Shown here one piece after another: positions 19,097 through 28,064 of a DNA stretch of 64,000 nucleotides. The position numbers were made by a program, and so were the translations under genes. Under the pieces are notes generated by a model. That model was not told the origin of the DNA, made no database searches, and saw only the letters and a program-made list of their open reading frames with translations. The stretch's first letter is position 1, and every line of letters starts with the position of its first letter. Source of the DNA: Candidatus Sumerlaeaceae bacterium. GTDB taxonomy: Bacteria; Sumerlaeota; Sumerlaeia; Sumerlaeales; Sumerlaeaceae. The stretch is taken from positions 429,495-493,494 of the forward strand of contig JBMFRB010000001.1 of NCBI GenBank assembly GCA_049968255.1, written 5' to 3'.

Positions 19097-21106
19097 CTAC
19101 ATTTGTTGGCGCTTTTTCTCGCGCGCGAGGCGCAGCTTTTGTCGCACTTCTTCATTCTCAGGGTGGATCGCAGCCGCAATAGAAAGAAAGTGAACCGCCT
19201 GTTTGTAATTTTGCTCCTCGAGCGCCCGCAGGCCACGCTGATACTGTTCCTGGAACATCCGCTCACTGCGCTCATCCAGTTCTTTAGGTTTCCCCGTAGG
19301 AGAAGTCTCGGTGGTCAGCTGTTCACGCGGCGGCGGGGTCGAAGGGGCTTTCTCCTGTTGGCTCGCGGCAGGCTGAGAAATGGATGTGGGTAATTCGATG
19401 ATTTTCGTCTCTGCTAATTCCTCGTGCTGAGCTTTCCACTGGAGTTTTAGCGTTTTTGTTTCCTCAGGCTCCTGGGCGCGTGGGGACGCGTCCGAGCTTT
19501 CAGGCGGTGGCGGCGAGATGATGATCGTGGAAACGTCCTCGGTCGGCGGTGCTCCAGCTGGCGGTATTTCACTCCTCGCTGCGGGTGATGACAAACCATC
19601 GAGCTCGCCCTCGGCAAGCTGGAGCGCCAAACTATCCAGTTCCAAAGGCTGCAAAGATGATGGTTCGGGCGGCTGACTCGCGGGAGATTCTTGGCTCCTC
19701 TTTTCTCTGCTCTGTTCAGCGATGTCAGCATTTGCTGGCGGCCGGACATCCGCAACCGGAGGTTCAGCCGCGGCAGAGACGCCTCCAAGGATATCCTCCA
19801 ATTGCAGCGCTGGAACGTCTGGCGGGGCGCTATCCGCCAACGTTTGTGCCTCTGAGTCTAGGCCCAGCGAAGCTGGCGGGAGCTCCGATTTCATTTCTTT
19901 GGAAGGCTGTTGGGCGGGTGTGATCACAATTTTGCTGTCTTCAAGATGGGCGGTGTAAGTTTTCTGAGATGGCGACGAGGATTCTTCGATGGGCAACTCA
20001 ATACCGAGATCCTCGAACGAGACAATATTTGGGACATCTCGAGATTGCGAAGTCTCAGTTGGCACAGAGGCACTAAGATCAAAATCTCGCGCAGACGGCG
20101 CCTCCCAAGGCCGCTCGGTGGCGATAGGTGGCGGCTCGGGAAGAGGAACTTCTGGTACGAACTGCTCAGCTGGCGCAACCGCACTGGATTGTGCAGATTT
20201 ATTTTCCGGCGCTTTCTCAGTTGTTGGCATGTCGCTTCCTGCCGCGCCGGTCGTCGCAAACGAGTGCTGCGATCCCAAAATAGGAGAAGAGAGCCCCAAG
20301 CCGGGTGTCGCACTGCTCAGGTCAAGTCCGCCTCCCAGCGCACTGGCGGGCGATGGTGCGAGGGATTCACGGCTATCGCTTGTTGGGCCGAACTCAGGTT
20401 GCGGCGCCGCCTCAACGGTCACTGCTCCACGCGGGGCACTGCTCTTACCCTCGGCAGGCTCTGCGATGGGCTTTTCACCGGCTGCTCGCCTAGTTCTCTT
20501 CTTCTTTGCAAACAAGAACAGAGCAATAGCACCAACACCAAGCAAAACCATAACGATTCCAACAACGATGGCTGGCTGCGCTGGGCGTTGAGAACTCTGG
20601 GCCGCCCGGGTGAGCGCATCTCGCCCCGTTGAACTTGCCAACGGCTCTGGTTGCTTCGAAGCTTGCTGTCCAGTACGTTGGGGGACAACGGCCGGTGTTG
20701 GCCTCCCCAGACTCTCTATGGCTGGGGTCTTTGCTTCCGACGGTTCAACATCAGCTTGCCGGCCCACTTTGGACTGCTGCAAACGCTGCCTGGCCCACTC
20801 ACGGTAAAGTCCAACACTGTCATTGTTGGGCATGATTTGGTTGGCTTCGTCACACAAACGCAGAACCTCGGCATAGTCGCCAGAGACAAAAGCCTTGCGG
20901 ATGATTTCGATTTTTTCGTCGAGCAGTCGCTGCTTCTCGACTTCGTCCGCTGATAGAGCCGCTGAGCCGGCCTCCGTGTTCTGCTGGGCAAGGACAATGG
21001 GAGGCGCAGCACTCGAGAGCAAGACAATAGCCACCACCCACGCTCCAAGGCCGCGTGCTAAGTGAATCTTTGTTTGTCTTTTCTTCGCGTTGACGTTATT
21101 ACTCAT
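19097..21106 (-). CDS. Single-pass membrane protein: signal peptide, small helical domain, TM, long Pro/Glu/Ser/Ala linker, C-terminal TPR
   Basis: Signal-like WVVAIVLLSSAAPPIVLA, TM IVVGIVMVLLGVGAIALFLF followed by KKKRTRR, low-complexity region, terminal QYQRGLRALEEQNYKQAVHFLSIAAAIHPEN TPR. Confidence 0.7.
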   Translation of the reverse strand: MSNNVNAKKRQTKIHLARGLGAWVVAIVLLSSAAPPIVLAQQNTEAGSAALSADEVEKQRLLDEKIEIIRKAFVSGDYAEVLRLCDEANQIMPNNDSVGLYREWARQRLQQSKVGRQADVEPSEAKTPAIESLGRPTPAVVPQRTGQQASKQPEPLASSTGRDALTRAAQSSQRPAQPAIVVGIVMVLLGVGAIALFLFAKKKRTRRAAGEKPIAEPAEGKSSAPRGAVTVEAAPQPEFGPTSDSRESLAPSPASALGGGLDLSSATPGLGLSSPILGSQHSFATTGAAGSDMPTTEKAPENKSAQSSAVAPAEQFVPEVPLPEPPPIATERPWEAPSARDFDLSASVPTETSQSRDVPNIVSFEDLGIELPIEESSSPSQKTYTAHLEDSKIVITPAQQPSKEMKSELPPASLGLDSEAQTLADSAPPDVPALQLEDILGGVSAAAEPPVADVRPPANADIAEQSREKRSQESPASQPPEPSSLQPLELDSLALQLAEGELDGLSSPAARSEIPPAGAPPTEDVSTIIISPPPPESSDASPRAQEPEETKTLKLQWKAQHEELAETKIIELPTSISQPAASQQEKAPSTPPPREQLTTETSPTGKPKELDERSERMFQEQYQRGLRALEEQNYKQAVHFLSIAAAIHPENEEVRQKLRLAREKKRQQM

Positions 21107-21234
21107 GCAGAGTATTCTTTTCCTGCTCGCCCAGTCACGAATCTCATCCATCGAGCGAGCAGGGGAAAATTCTATCAACTGAAAATGATGAAGCAGCTAC
21201 CCTATGTGAGAAGCACAATCGCAGCGCAGCAAAC

Positions 21235-23808
21235 TTATTTTTTCTGCATGCGCTGGAGCTTTTCAATTTTGGCAACGACGTCTCGGTAACCGGCGTCAAC
21301 GTGGAAGATCCGCTTGAACGTTTGAAGAGCGGCAGCAATTTCCCCATCTTTTTCCATCAATTCGGCTGCGCGGTAAAGCAAGGCTTTGAGTTTTGCCGCT
21401 TCGTCAGAGCGGTCTTTCGGGGAGAGTTGGACGCGGCTGAGCATGTCGCGGGCATCGTCATAAAGCCCTTTGAAAGCTAAGACGTAGCCCAATTTCGCGG
21501 CGGCAACGTTGCTGGAATCTGGCGCAAGGGTTGCCTTCTGATACTCGACGATTGCGTCGTTGAGCTGCCCCAGATCATGATAGATATCGCCGAGTTCAAG
21601 ATGCACCAGTCCATCCTTTTCTGGATCGTTGGTGAGGGAATTTCGGAGCTCCTCGATGCGCGCCCGGCGCTCTTTTTCCTGGTAATTTTTGACCAGCTCC
21701 CTCACGGCAGGATCCCCCGGATCCAGTGCCTGAGCGCGCACAGCCAGTGCAAGTGCTTCGGAGAATTGCTTGCGCTTCGCTGCTAGCTGCGCTAACGTGA
21801 CAAGCAGGGGCTTGTTGCTTGAGTCAATTTTTAGCAATTCATAGCCCGCGTCTCGAGCGCGGTCTTCAAGGCCCAACGAAAGCGCGAGCTCAAATTCGAG
21901 GCGCAGCACGGTGGCATTTTTTTCGCCACCCGCGGCAACATAGCGATCTAGATAATTCAGTGCGCTCTCGTTACGGCCAGCTTCCGCGGCGTTCTGGGCA
22001 AGAAAGAGAAGAGACGGGAGGTGATGGGGATTTTCATGGAGGATCTTTTGGGCGCCTTCGAGCAATACGTGTGCACCAGCGATCGTTTCCTCCGAGAGTA
22101 TTTGATAGAGTTTGAACACTTCATCCCATTTGTGCTGGCGGAGGTACAAATCAGCAAGATAGGCCATGAGACGCGAAGTGTGCCCATAGCGCTCGACTAG
22201 CTTCTCGACCTCTCGCATCACGTGCTCGAGCAGTTCGGGGCGGCCATGAAGGAGTTCTTCTAACGCCACGACGACACGGTCTGCATTTCCGCGGGCAGTG
22301 AGGCGATCATAGAGCTGGAAACGCAGCTCAAGGTCGTCGGGAGTTTGCTCAACCTTGCGGGAAAGCTCTTCCAGCTCTTGGTCGAGCAAGAATTCGCGGA
22401 TACGATGCTGCAGGCTCGTGAGGCGGGCCCGTACCTCTGGAGAATTGTCCTCGGGAAGTTTTTCAGCGCGTTGCGCTTGCTTCTGGGCCTCTGGAATACG
22501 GCCCTGCTCGAAATAGCTATAAGCGAGAAGCCATCCGGCTTCCATCGAATGCTCCAAGGCCGGAGAGGAAGCAATAATTTGTTCGACTCGATCGTAGTTC
22601 GCGCGAGCAAAATGCTCGTTGGCGGCTTCCAGCCTTTCCTCGCGTGTGGCATCGCCGAGATCGATGAGGAAGTCGAGCTGAGCCAGAATCTCATCGAGGC
22701 GTCCTTGCCACCGCAAGATCTCGATGAGGCGGCGTCGGTAGCCCGTTTCATTGGGAAAGAGCTGGATGAGCTGCAAGAGGGACTCTTTCTCTAGCTCGAG
22801 CTCGTTAGTTCGGTGCGCCAGGTCGGCCAAAGCCTCGAGCAAGGAGCGGTCGCGCGGATGGTGGCGCAGGGCACGCAGGTATGCTTCTTTCGCTCTGGTG
22901 AAAGGCGGACCGTCGTGCTCATATTCCTTGCACAGGGCTTTGATTTCTTCAAAGGACCCGACTTCGAACGTCAACTCGCAAATGTGTTCGGCCCAGTGAT
23001 GACGCTCGTTAACGTGAAGCTTCTGCAATGCCTCAAGCGCCTTGCGTTTCTGTCCCGTCTTTTCCCACAGCGCGATCAGTTTGCGAAAGAGTGCTGTGGA
23101 AGGAGACAAATGATGGGCTTCCTCGTAGAAATCAGCAGCGCGTTTCAAGTCGCCCTGGCATTCCGCAAGCTGACCAAGCACATTGCAGAGGTCTGCATCA
23201 CGCTCCCCGTCTTCGTAGGCCTGCAGAAGGTAGCGATCGGCGCCCATGCATTTGCCCAATCGCGCAAGCGAGAGAGCGAGAATGTTCTCACCGATGCGAT
23301 GCGATGGACACAGCATAAGACCGATCTTCGCCCACCAATAAGCAATCGTTGCCGGTGCATTATCCAGAGCCTGGCGGGCAAGCTTGATGAAAAGACGCCC
23401 CAACACTCCTTCGGCCCAGACCCAGGCACTCGCTAAGGCAACGACGACAAAGGCGGCGATTCCAACGGCAACGACGTTGTCCAGGTTGACTTGCCAACGC
23501 CCAAGGAAATACCCGCCTAAGAACGAAAAATAACTCGTGACTAAAAGCCAGGTTCGCACGTGGGGGCGCTTAGGACGCATGGGATCGAGTCCCAGGGCAT
23601 AGGCAAGCGCAGAAACCGTCGTGCAACTAAAGAAGAGGGCGGCTGCCACGGGCCCTGCCAATTCGACCAATGAAGTGTAAAGATCATGGAGGACAAGTCC
23701 ATCGCTCCAGAGCACATAATTCAGCACAGCTCCTGCCACGTTGGCCACCATGGCGACAAGGGTGGCAAGTGTGAAAAGCAGGTCGCGTTTGCGATTCCCG
23801 TAAGTCAC
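21235..23808 (-). CDS. Membrane-anchored multi-TPR protein
   Basis: About four N-terminal TM helices, then many TPR motifs, ending ...DAGYRDVVAKIEKL. Confidence 0.8.
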   Translation of the reverse strand: MTYGNRKRDLLFTLATLVAMVANVAGAVLNYVLWSDGLVLHDLYTSLVELAGPVAAALFFSCTTVSALAYALGLDPMRPKRPHVRTWLLVTSYFSFLGGYFLGRWQVNLDNVVAVGIAAFVVVALASAWVWAEGVLGRLFIKLARQALDNAPATIAYWWAKIGLMLCPSHRIGENILALSLARLGKCMGADRYLLQAYEDGERDADLCNVLGQLAECQGDLKRAADFYEEAHHLSPSTALFRKLIALWEKTGQKRKALEALQKLHVNERHHWAEHICELTFEVGSFEEIKALCKEYEHDGPPFTRAKEAYLRALRHHPRDRSLLEALADLAHRTNELELEKESLLQLIQLFPNETGYRRRLIEILRWQGRLDEILAQLDFLIDLGDATREERLEAANEHFARANYDRVEQIIASSPALEHSMEAGWLLAYSYFEQGRIPEAQKQAQRAEKLPEDNSPEVRARLTSLQHRIREFLLDQELEELSRKVEQTPDDLELRFQLYDRLTARGNADRVVVALEELLHGRPELLEHVMREVEKLVERYGHTSRLMAYLADLYLRQHKWDEVFKLYQILSEETIAGAHVLLEGAQKILHENPHHLPSLLFLAQNAAEAGRNESALNYLDRYVAAGGEKNATVLRLEFELALSLGLEDRARDAGYELLKIDSSNKPLLVTLAQLAAKRKQFSEALALAVRAQALDPGDPAVRELVKNYQEKERRARIEELRNSLTNDPEKDGLVHLELGDIYHDLGQLNDAIVEYQKATLAPDSSNVAAAKLGYVLAFKGLYDDARDMLSRVQLSPKDRSDEAAKLKALLYRAAELMEKDGEIAAALQTFKRIFHVDAGYRDVVAKIEKLQRMQKK

Positions 23809-24491
23809 GTTTCCTCCCGGGGGATTCGCCCGTTGCTCACCGCTGATGAAAAGTCGCCTTCAAGCTTACACATGCTATCTTGTGAGTCACGGTGATAGAC
23901 GTAGGTGGGAAATTCAACCTTTTCAATGTGGAGAATGCGCTGGGCGCGCTGGAAAAGTTCGTAGTCGCAACCAAAATTGGGAGAGCGAAAACCACCGAGA
24001 GACACAAAAGCATCTTTTCTGATAAAGAATGTGCCGCCAACGACACAAGCGGAGAGATGGACCAGGCGCGTTGGGTCGTGAACATCGGGAACGTAAGCAC
24101 TGCCGCCCACCACAACGAATCCCCCGTGCACCATGTCCACGTGAGGATGATCTCGGACGAAGTTGAGGCGCAGCTCCAGGTGGGAAGGCAAGTATTCGTC
24201 GTCTGAGTCGAGGAAAGTGATCCAGCGTCCTGTAGCCAGGCGCGCCGCCCGATTACGGGCGCCCACGAGCCCGCGGTTTTCTTGGGAAAGCCAACGAATG
24301 CGTTTATCGCGCTGAGCAAAGTGGGCGAGGATGTGAGGAGTGCTGTCCTGCGAACCGTCGTCCACCACGATGAGTTCCCAGTGCTTGCAGGTTTGTTGCA
24401 GCACGGACTCGATAGCCCGGGACAGCAAGGGCGCACGGTTGTAGGTCGCAAGGAGGATAGAACACGCGGGCTCGGGATAACGCAGCTCCAT
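23805..24491 (-). CDS. Glycosyltransferase family 2
   Basis: SILLATYNR, WELIVVDDGS.D, NRG...ARN, FLDSDD; ATG at 24491. Confidence 0.9.
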   Translation of the reverse strand: MELRYPEPACSILLATYNRAPLLSRAIESVLQQTCKHWELIVVDDGSQDSTPHILAHFAQRDKRIRWLSQENRGLVGARNRAARLATGRWITFLDSDDEYLPSHLELRLNFVRDHPHVDMVHGGFVVVGGSAYVPDVHDPTRLVHLSACVVGGTFFIRKDAFVSLGGFRSPNFGCDYELFQRAQRILHIEKVEFPTYVYHRDSQDSMCKLEGDFSSAVSNGRIPREET

Positions 24492-24652
24492 ACAAGTGTC
24501 AGATCTTGGCATAGTTGATGCGCACTTGTCGAGTGGGATACGCTCTGGCGCGGGGTATTTTATCAACAACACTGAAAAAACTAAATTTACAGCATTTTCG
24601 GAAACCAAACATGGGAGGCGACTGTCTGATACAGAGCAAGGTCCACAGGGAG

Positions 24653-24859
24653 ATGACATACATGACTGCTCAGCAAATTGGCGGTTTGTGGATCATCGCG
24701 CTAGGGCTATTTGTGTTCGCAAGTTCCTTTGCTTTGCGACGCACAACCGCAAACGGCGATGGTGTCCTTTCTCTTGTTGGTTCTCCCCTGCTGACGTGGT
24801 TGACCCGAGTGCTTTCCGTGCTCCTGTGGGGATTGGGCGCGGCGACCTATTACCGTTGA
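24653..24859 (+). CDS. Small two-TM hypothetical protein
   Basis: GGGAG RBS then ATG; two hydrophobic helices; fills an otherwise empty gap. Confidence 0.5.
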   Translation: MTYMTAQQIGGLWIIALGLFVFASSFALRRTTANGDGVLSLVGSPLLTWLTRVLSVLLWGLGAATYYR

Positions 24860-24881
24860 TGACCGGCGTGATGCTCCACGT

Positions 24882-26570
24882 TTATTCGAACTTGGCCACG
24901 AGGATCGTGATGTCGTCGAACTGTTCCTCGGGGCCACGGAAGAGAAGCGTAGCCTCATAAAGCTCGTCGCGAAGTTCATCGGCCGAGAGGTGAAGATTTT
25001 CGCGCACGCTGCTCACAATACGATCAGTCCCAAACACCTGTTTCTGCGCATTGTGCGTGTCCGTGACACCATCGGTGAGCACGATGAGTGTGTCGCCGGG
25101 CTCGACGGTGACGGTTTCGGTCTCATACTCGATGAACTCCATAATTCCGAGAAAACAGCCGCCAGCGGTGAGCTGGCGGTAGGTGCCATTTGGCTTGAAA
25201 AGCAGAGGTGGTAGGTGCCCGGCGTTGGAATACTCGAACGTGCGGTGGGCGGGATCGTACACACCGAAGAACATGGTGACAAACATGTTATTCGAAGCGT
25301 CTTTGCACGTCCAAGAGTTCACCGCCGCCATGAGCTGGGTTAGTGGCAGATCGGGATGCACATGCGTTTGCATGCGAAGGCTAGCGCGAATTGTGGCAGT
25401 GAGAATGGCAGCGGGCATGCCCTTGCCGCTCACATCCGCAACGACGAGAGCCACACGCCCGTCAGAAAGCTCAAAATAATCATAGTAATCGCCGCCTACT
25501 TTTCGGGCGGGCACACTCAGGGCAGCGAAGGCAACACCCTTCACTTCAGGTGCTTTCTTGGGCAAGAGCGCCATTTGAATCGAACGGGCAAGTTCGAGTT
25601 CTTTCTCGAGTTTCTGGCGCTCGATCAGCTGCTGGGTGAGACGGGCATTCTCGATCGCAAGCGCTGCTTGAGCTGCAACCCCTTTCATGAGATCGAGATC
25701 CTCTTCGGTATAGTAAACTTCGCCCGGCACCTGAGAGTCGATGTAGATCACGCCTTCTGCGCCGCTCTTGGTCACAAGCGGAACACACATCGCAGAACGA
25801 ATGCGCCCGCGGATGATACTCTCATTTGCGGCAAATCGGACGTCGGACGGCGCATCGGAGACGAGAATGGCCACTTGCTCGGCCATGCACCGCTCCACAA
25901 TCCCGCGGCTGATATGAATTTCGTCGGAGGCCCCCTCGTGGACGCGCACCACGACGGGATCAAGTATTCCTTCTTCCGCGTCTTTAAGCAGAATGATGCC
26001 GCGGTGGGGAGTTGCCACCTCCCAGATGATGTCCATCAGCTTGTGGAGTAATTCGTTGAGATCCCAAATGGAGCGGATGGAGTCCGTCACGCGGTAGAGT
26101 ACGCGAAGTCGCTCGAACGGATCATTGAGCTGGTCGCGGCGGAAGGGCTCCTGCACGGCAAGTGGCTGCTGGCTTGCGCTTTCGATAAATAGCTGGCCAG
26201 GCGCACGAAGCTCACCATTAGATTCGAGTCTGACCGAGCCCGTGGATTTGGTACGTGGGTCTGGAGCTTCGCCCTCGTCCGGATCCAACTCGAAAAGCAG
26301 AAGACAATCGCCAATCTGGATTCGATCACCACTGTGGAGCTGGATTCGGCCAACAAGTGGCTTATTGTTGACTAGCGTGCCGTTCTTGCTGCCAAGATCT
26401 TCGATCACAAACCCGTGGCGCTGAGCCTGGATGACGGCGTGATGGCGACTTACCCGCTTGTCAATAATCTGCACATCGCACGAGGCACTTCGGCCAAGTG
26501 TGACCGCGCTCGACCCCAGGGGGTAAATCATCCCTGCGTCATGACCTTTCTCAATGATTAGGCGAGCCAT
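24882..26570 (-). CDS. FHA-GAF-SpoIIE (PP2C-type) protein phosphatase
   Basis: FHA: GR...VSRHHA...DLGSKNGT.VN; GAF: IRSAMCVPL...GVIYID; PP2C: VGGDYYD, ADVSGKG, NAGH, TDGVTD, DDIT. Confidence 0.92.
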   Translation of the reverse strand: MARLIIEKGHDAGMIYPLGSSAVTLGRSASCDVQIIDKRVSRHHAVIQAQRHGFVIEDLGSKNGTLVNNKPLVGRIQLHSGDRIQIGDCLLLFELDPDEGEAPDPRTKSTGSVRLESNGELRAPGQLFIESASQQPLAVQEPFRRDQLNDPFERLRVLYRVTDSIRSIWDLNELLHKLMDIIWEVATPHRGIILLKDAEEGILDPVVVRVHEGASDEIHISRGIVERCMAEQVAILVSDAPSDVRFAANESIIRGRIRSAMCVPLVTKSGAEGVIYIDSQVPGEVYYTEEDLDLMKGVAAQAALAIENARLTQQLIERQKLEKELELARSIQMALLPKKAPEVKGVAFAALSVPARKVGGDYYDYFELSDGRVALVVADVSGKGMPAAILTATIRASLRMQTHVHPDLPLTQLMAAVNSWTCKDASNNMFVTMFFGVYDPAHRTFEYSNAGHLPPLLFKPNGTYRQLTAGGCFLGIMEFIEYETETVTVEPGDTLIVLTDGVTDTHNAQKQVFGTDRIVSSVRENLHLSADELRDELYEATLLFRGPEEQFDDITILVAKFE

Positions 26571-26693
26571 CTTTCTGACTGTTTCTAGTAAAGAGAGAGT
26601 TCCTCTGGCAAAATAAAGAAGAAAAAATGGCCGGAAAAATTCAAAGTCGCTCGACCCAGTAATGAAGCAGTGCGCTCATGGCTACGCACACGG

Positions 26694-27293
26694 CTAATTG
26701 AAAGGGTGATCGCTGGTTCGCCAGATGTCACCGTTGCTGACTGTTCCATTGGTGGGATCGTAAATCATGTAGTTATAGTCTGGATCCTGACCTGTGAAAA
26801 TTTCCCAAGAAAACCCAGGATAGGCTTTGATGGGAACGGAATCCTCGTCCAGATCAGGACCATTGGAGCTGATGGCGTAACGGTGAGGCGTTTGCAGGGG
26901 TGTGGCGCCCATTTTGTAAGCGAAGTGCCGCGGTCCCCAATCGATGTGGTTGTCTAGGTCCCAACGCTGCTCGAAGGGGTCGCGCGGAACATGTGTGAGA
27001 TAAGCAATTGGAGTCGTCAGACACTCAAAGCGTTGCCAGCGGGGCGTAAGGAACGTTTCCGGATATCGTCCGTTATCGGTGTGGTAGACTTCCAAGGCGA
27101 CGGCGATGGTCCGGATGTCGTTTTTTGCCAGCGCAACTTTGCTGCGAATCTGCGCTTCGAGAAAATTGGGGAGCGCGGTGGCGGCAAGTACGGAAAGGAT
27201 GGCCACGACCACCAGCAGCTCGACCAAAGTCAGGGCTCGGCTCCTCGGCGAGTAGATGCTAGGGCAACTTACGGATCGAGTCAAATGGGTCAT
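26694..27293 (-). CDS. Type IV pilin/pseudopilin-like protein
   Basis: Class III signal RA|LTLVELLVVVAILSVLA...PNFLEAQIRSKV; C-terminal YDPTNGTVSNGDIWR. Confidence 0.85.
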   Translation of the reverse strand: MTHLTRSVSCPSIYSPRSRALTLVELLVVVAILSVLAATALPNFLEAQIRSKVALAKNDIRTIAVALEVYHTDNGRYPETFLTPRWQRFECLTTPIAYLTHVPRDPFEQRWDLDNHIDWGPRHFAYKMGATPLQTPHRYAISSNGPDLDEDSVPIKAYPGFSWEIFTGQDPDYNYMIYDPTNGTVSNGDIWRTSDHPFN

Positions 27294-27868
27294 GGGGCGG
27301 TTTTCGTTGAAGTGGTTGTCTGGGCTGCCTGGCGACGCATTCGTGATTGCTCACGAATAGCTTTCGAGGCGCGGGCCGCGTAGTCGGCCTCATCACCGTA
27401 GTACTTTTTCAGTTTCTGCGCGTTAGCCTTCTGCTTTTCAACTCGCGCTCTTTGCTCTTCGGCGCGTTTAGCTGCGAGTTCTTTGGCTCTGCTTGTGAGC
27501 TGCTCGCGTTGCTGTGGAGTCAGCACGCGGTTGACTCGAAATCGCAAGGTGCGAGGTTCAGTCGTCTCTTTCGCAATCAGCTCGATTTTCTGTTTTTGCT
27601 CGTCGGTAAGATTGAGTTCCTTGACGAGCTGCAGAAATGCGGGAGGACGCTGCGATGCAGAACGAACTGAGCGAGGCTGAGTTGGACGCTGAACAGGGTT
27701 AGTTCGATTCGTCGCGGCCGCTCGTGTACGAGATGGTACACGATACTGCACGTATTTGTATCCAATGTAAGCCCAAATGCTCCCGATCACGAACAAAAGG
27801 AAAAGAACCTTCCACGAGACGTGCAACCGCGGCGCCTCTTTCAGAACCCTTGTATCCAAGCGTGCCAT
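27290..27868 (-). CDS. Membrane-anchored protein with Spy/CpxP-like LTxxQ motifs
   Basis: N-terminal TM; LNLTDEQKQKI and VLTPQQREQL; stop overlaps the pilin ATG. Confidence 0.6.
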   Translation of the reverse strand: MARLDTRVLKEAPRLHVSWKVLFLLFVIGSIWAYIGYKYVQYRVPSRTRAAATNRTNPVQRPTQPRSVRSASQRPPAFLQLVKELNLTDEQKQKIELIAKETTEPRTLRFRVNRVLTPQQREQLTSRAKELAAKRAEEQRARVEKQKANAQKLKKYYGDEADYAARASKAIREQSRMRRQAAQTTTSTKTAP

Positions 27869-28064
27869 GCGCAACTCCCCCCGTTGAAAAATAATGAGAG
27901 TGGGAGACCAATTCGAGATCCACCTTTTGCTGCTCTACCCCTCTCCATCGTAATTGGTCAGCAAGGAATGGGCCAAAAGAAAGCGAAGGAAATGAGAAGC
28001 TGACAAAAAAGATATGGAGGGCAAGCTTTCCGCAAAACAGACCTTCGAAGCAGCCAAAAGTGTG

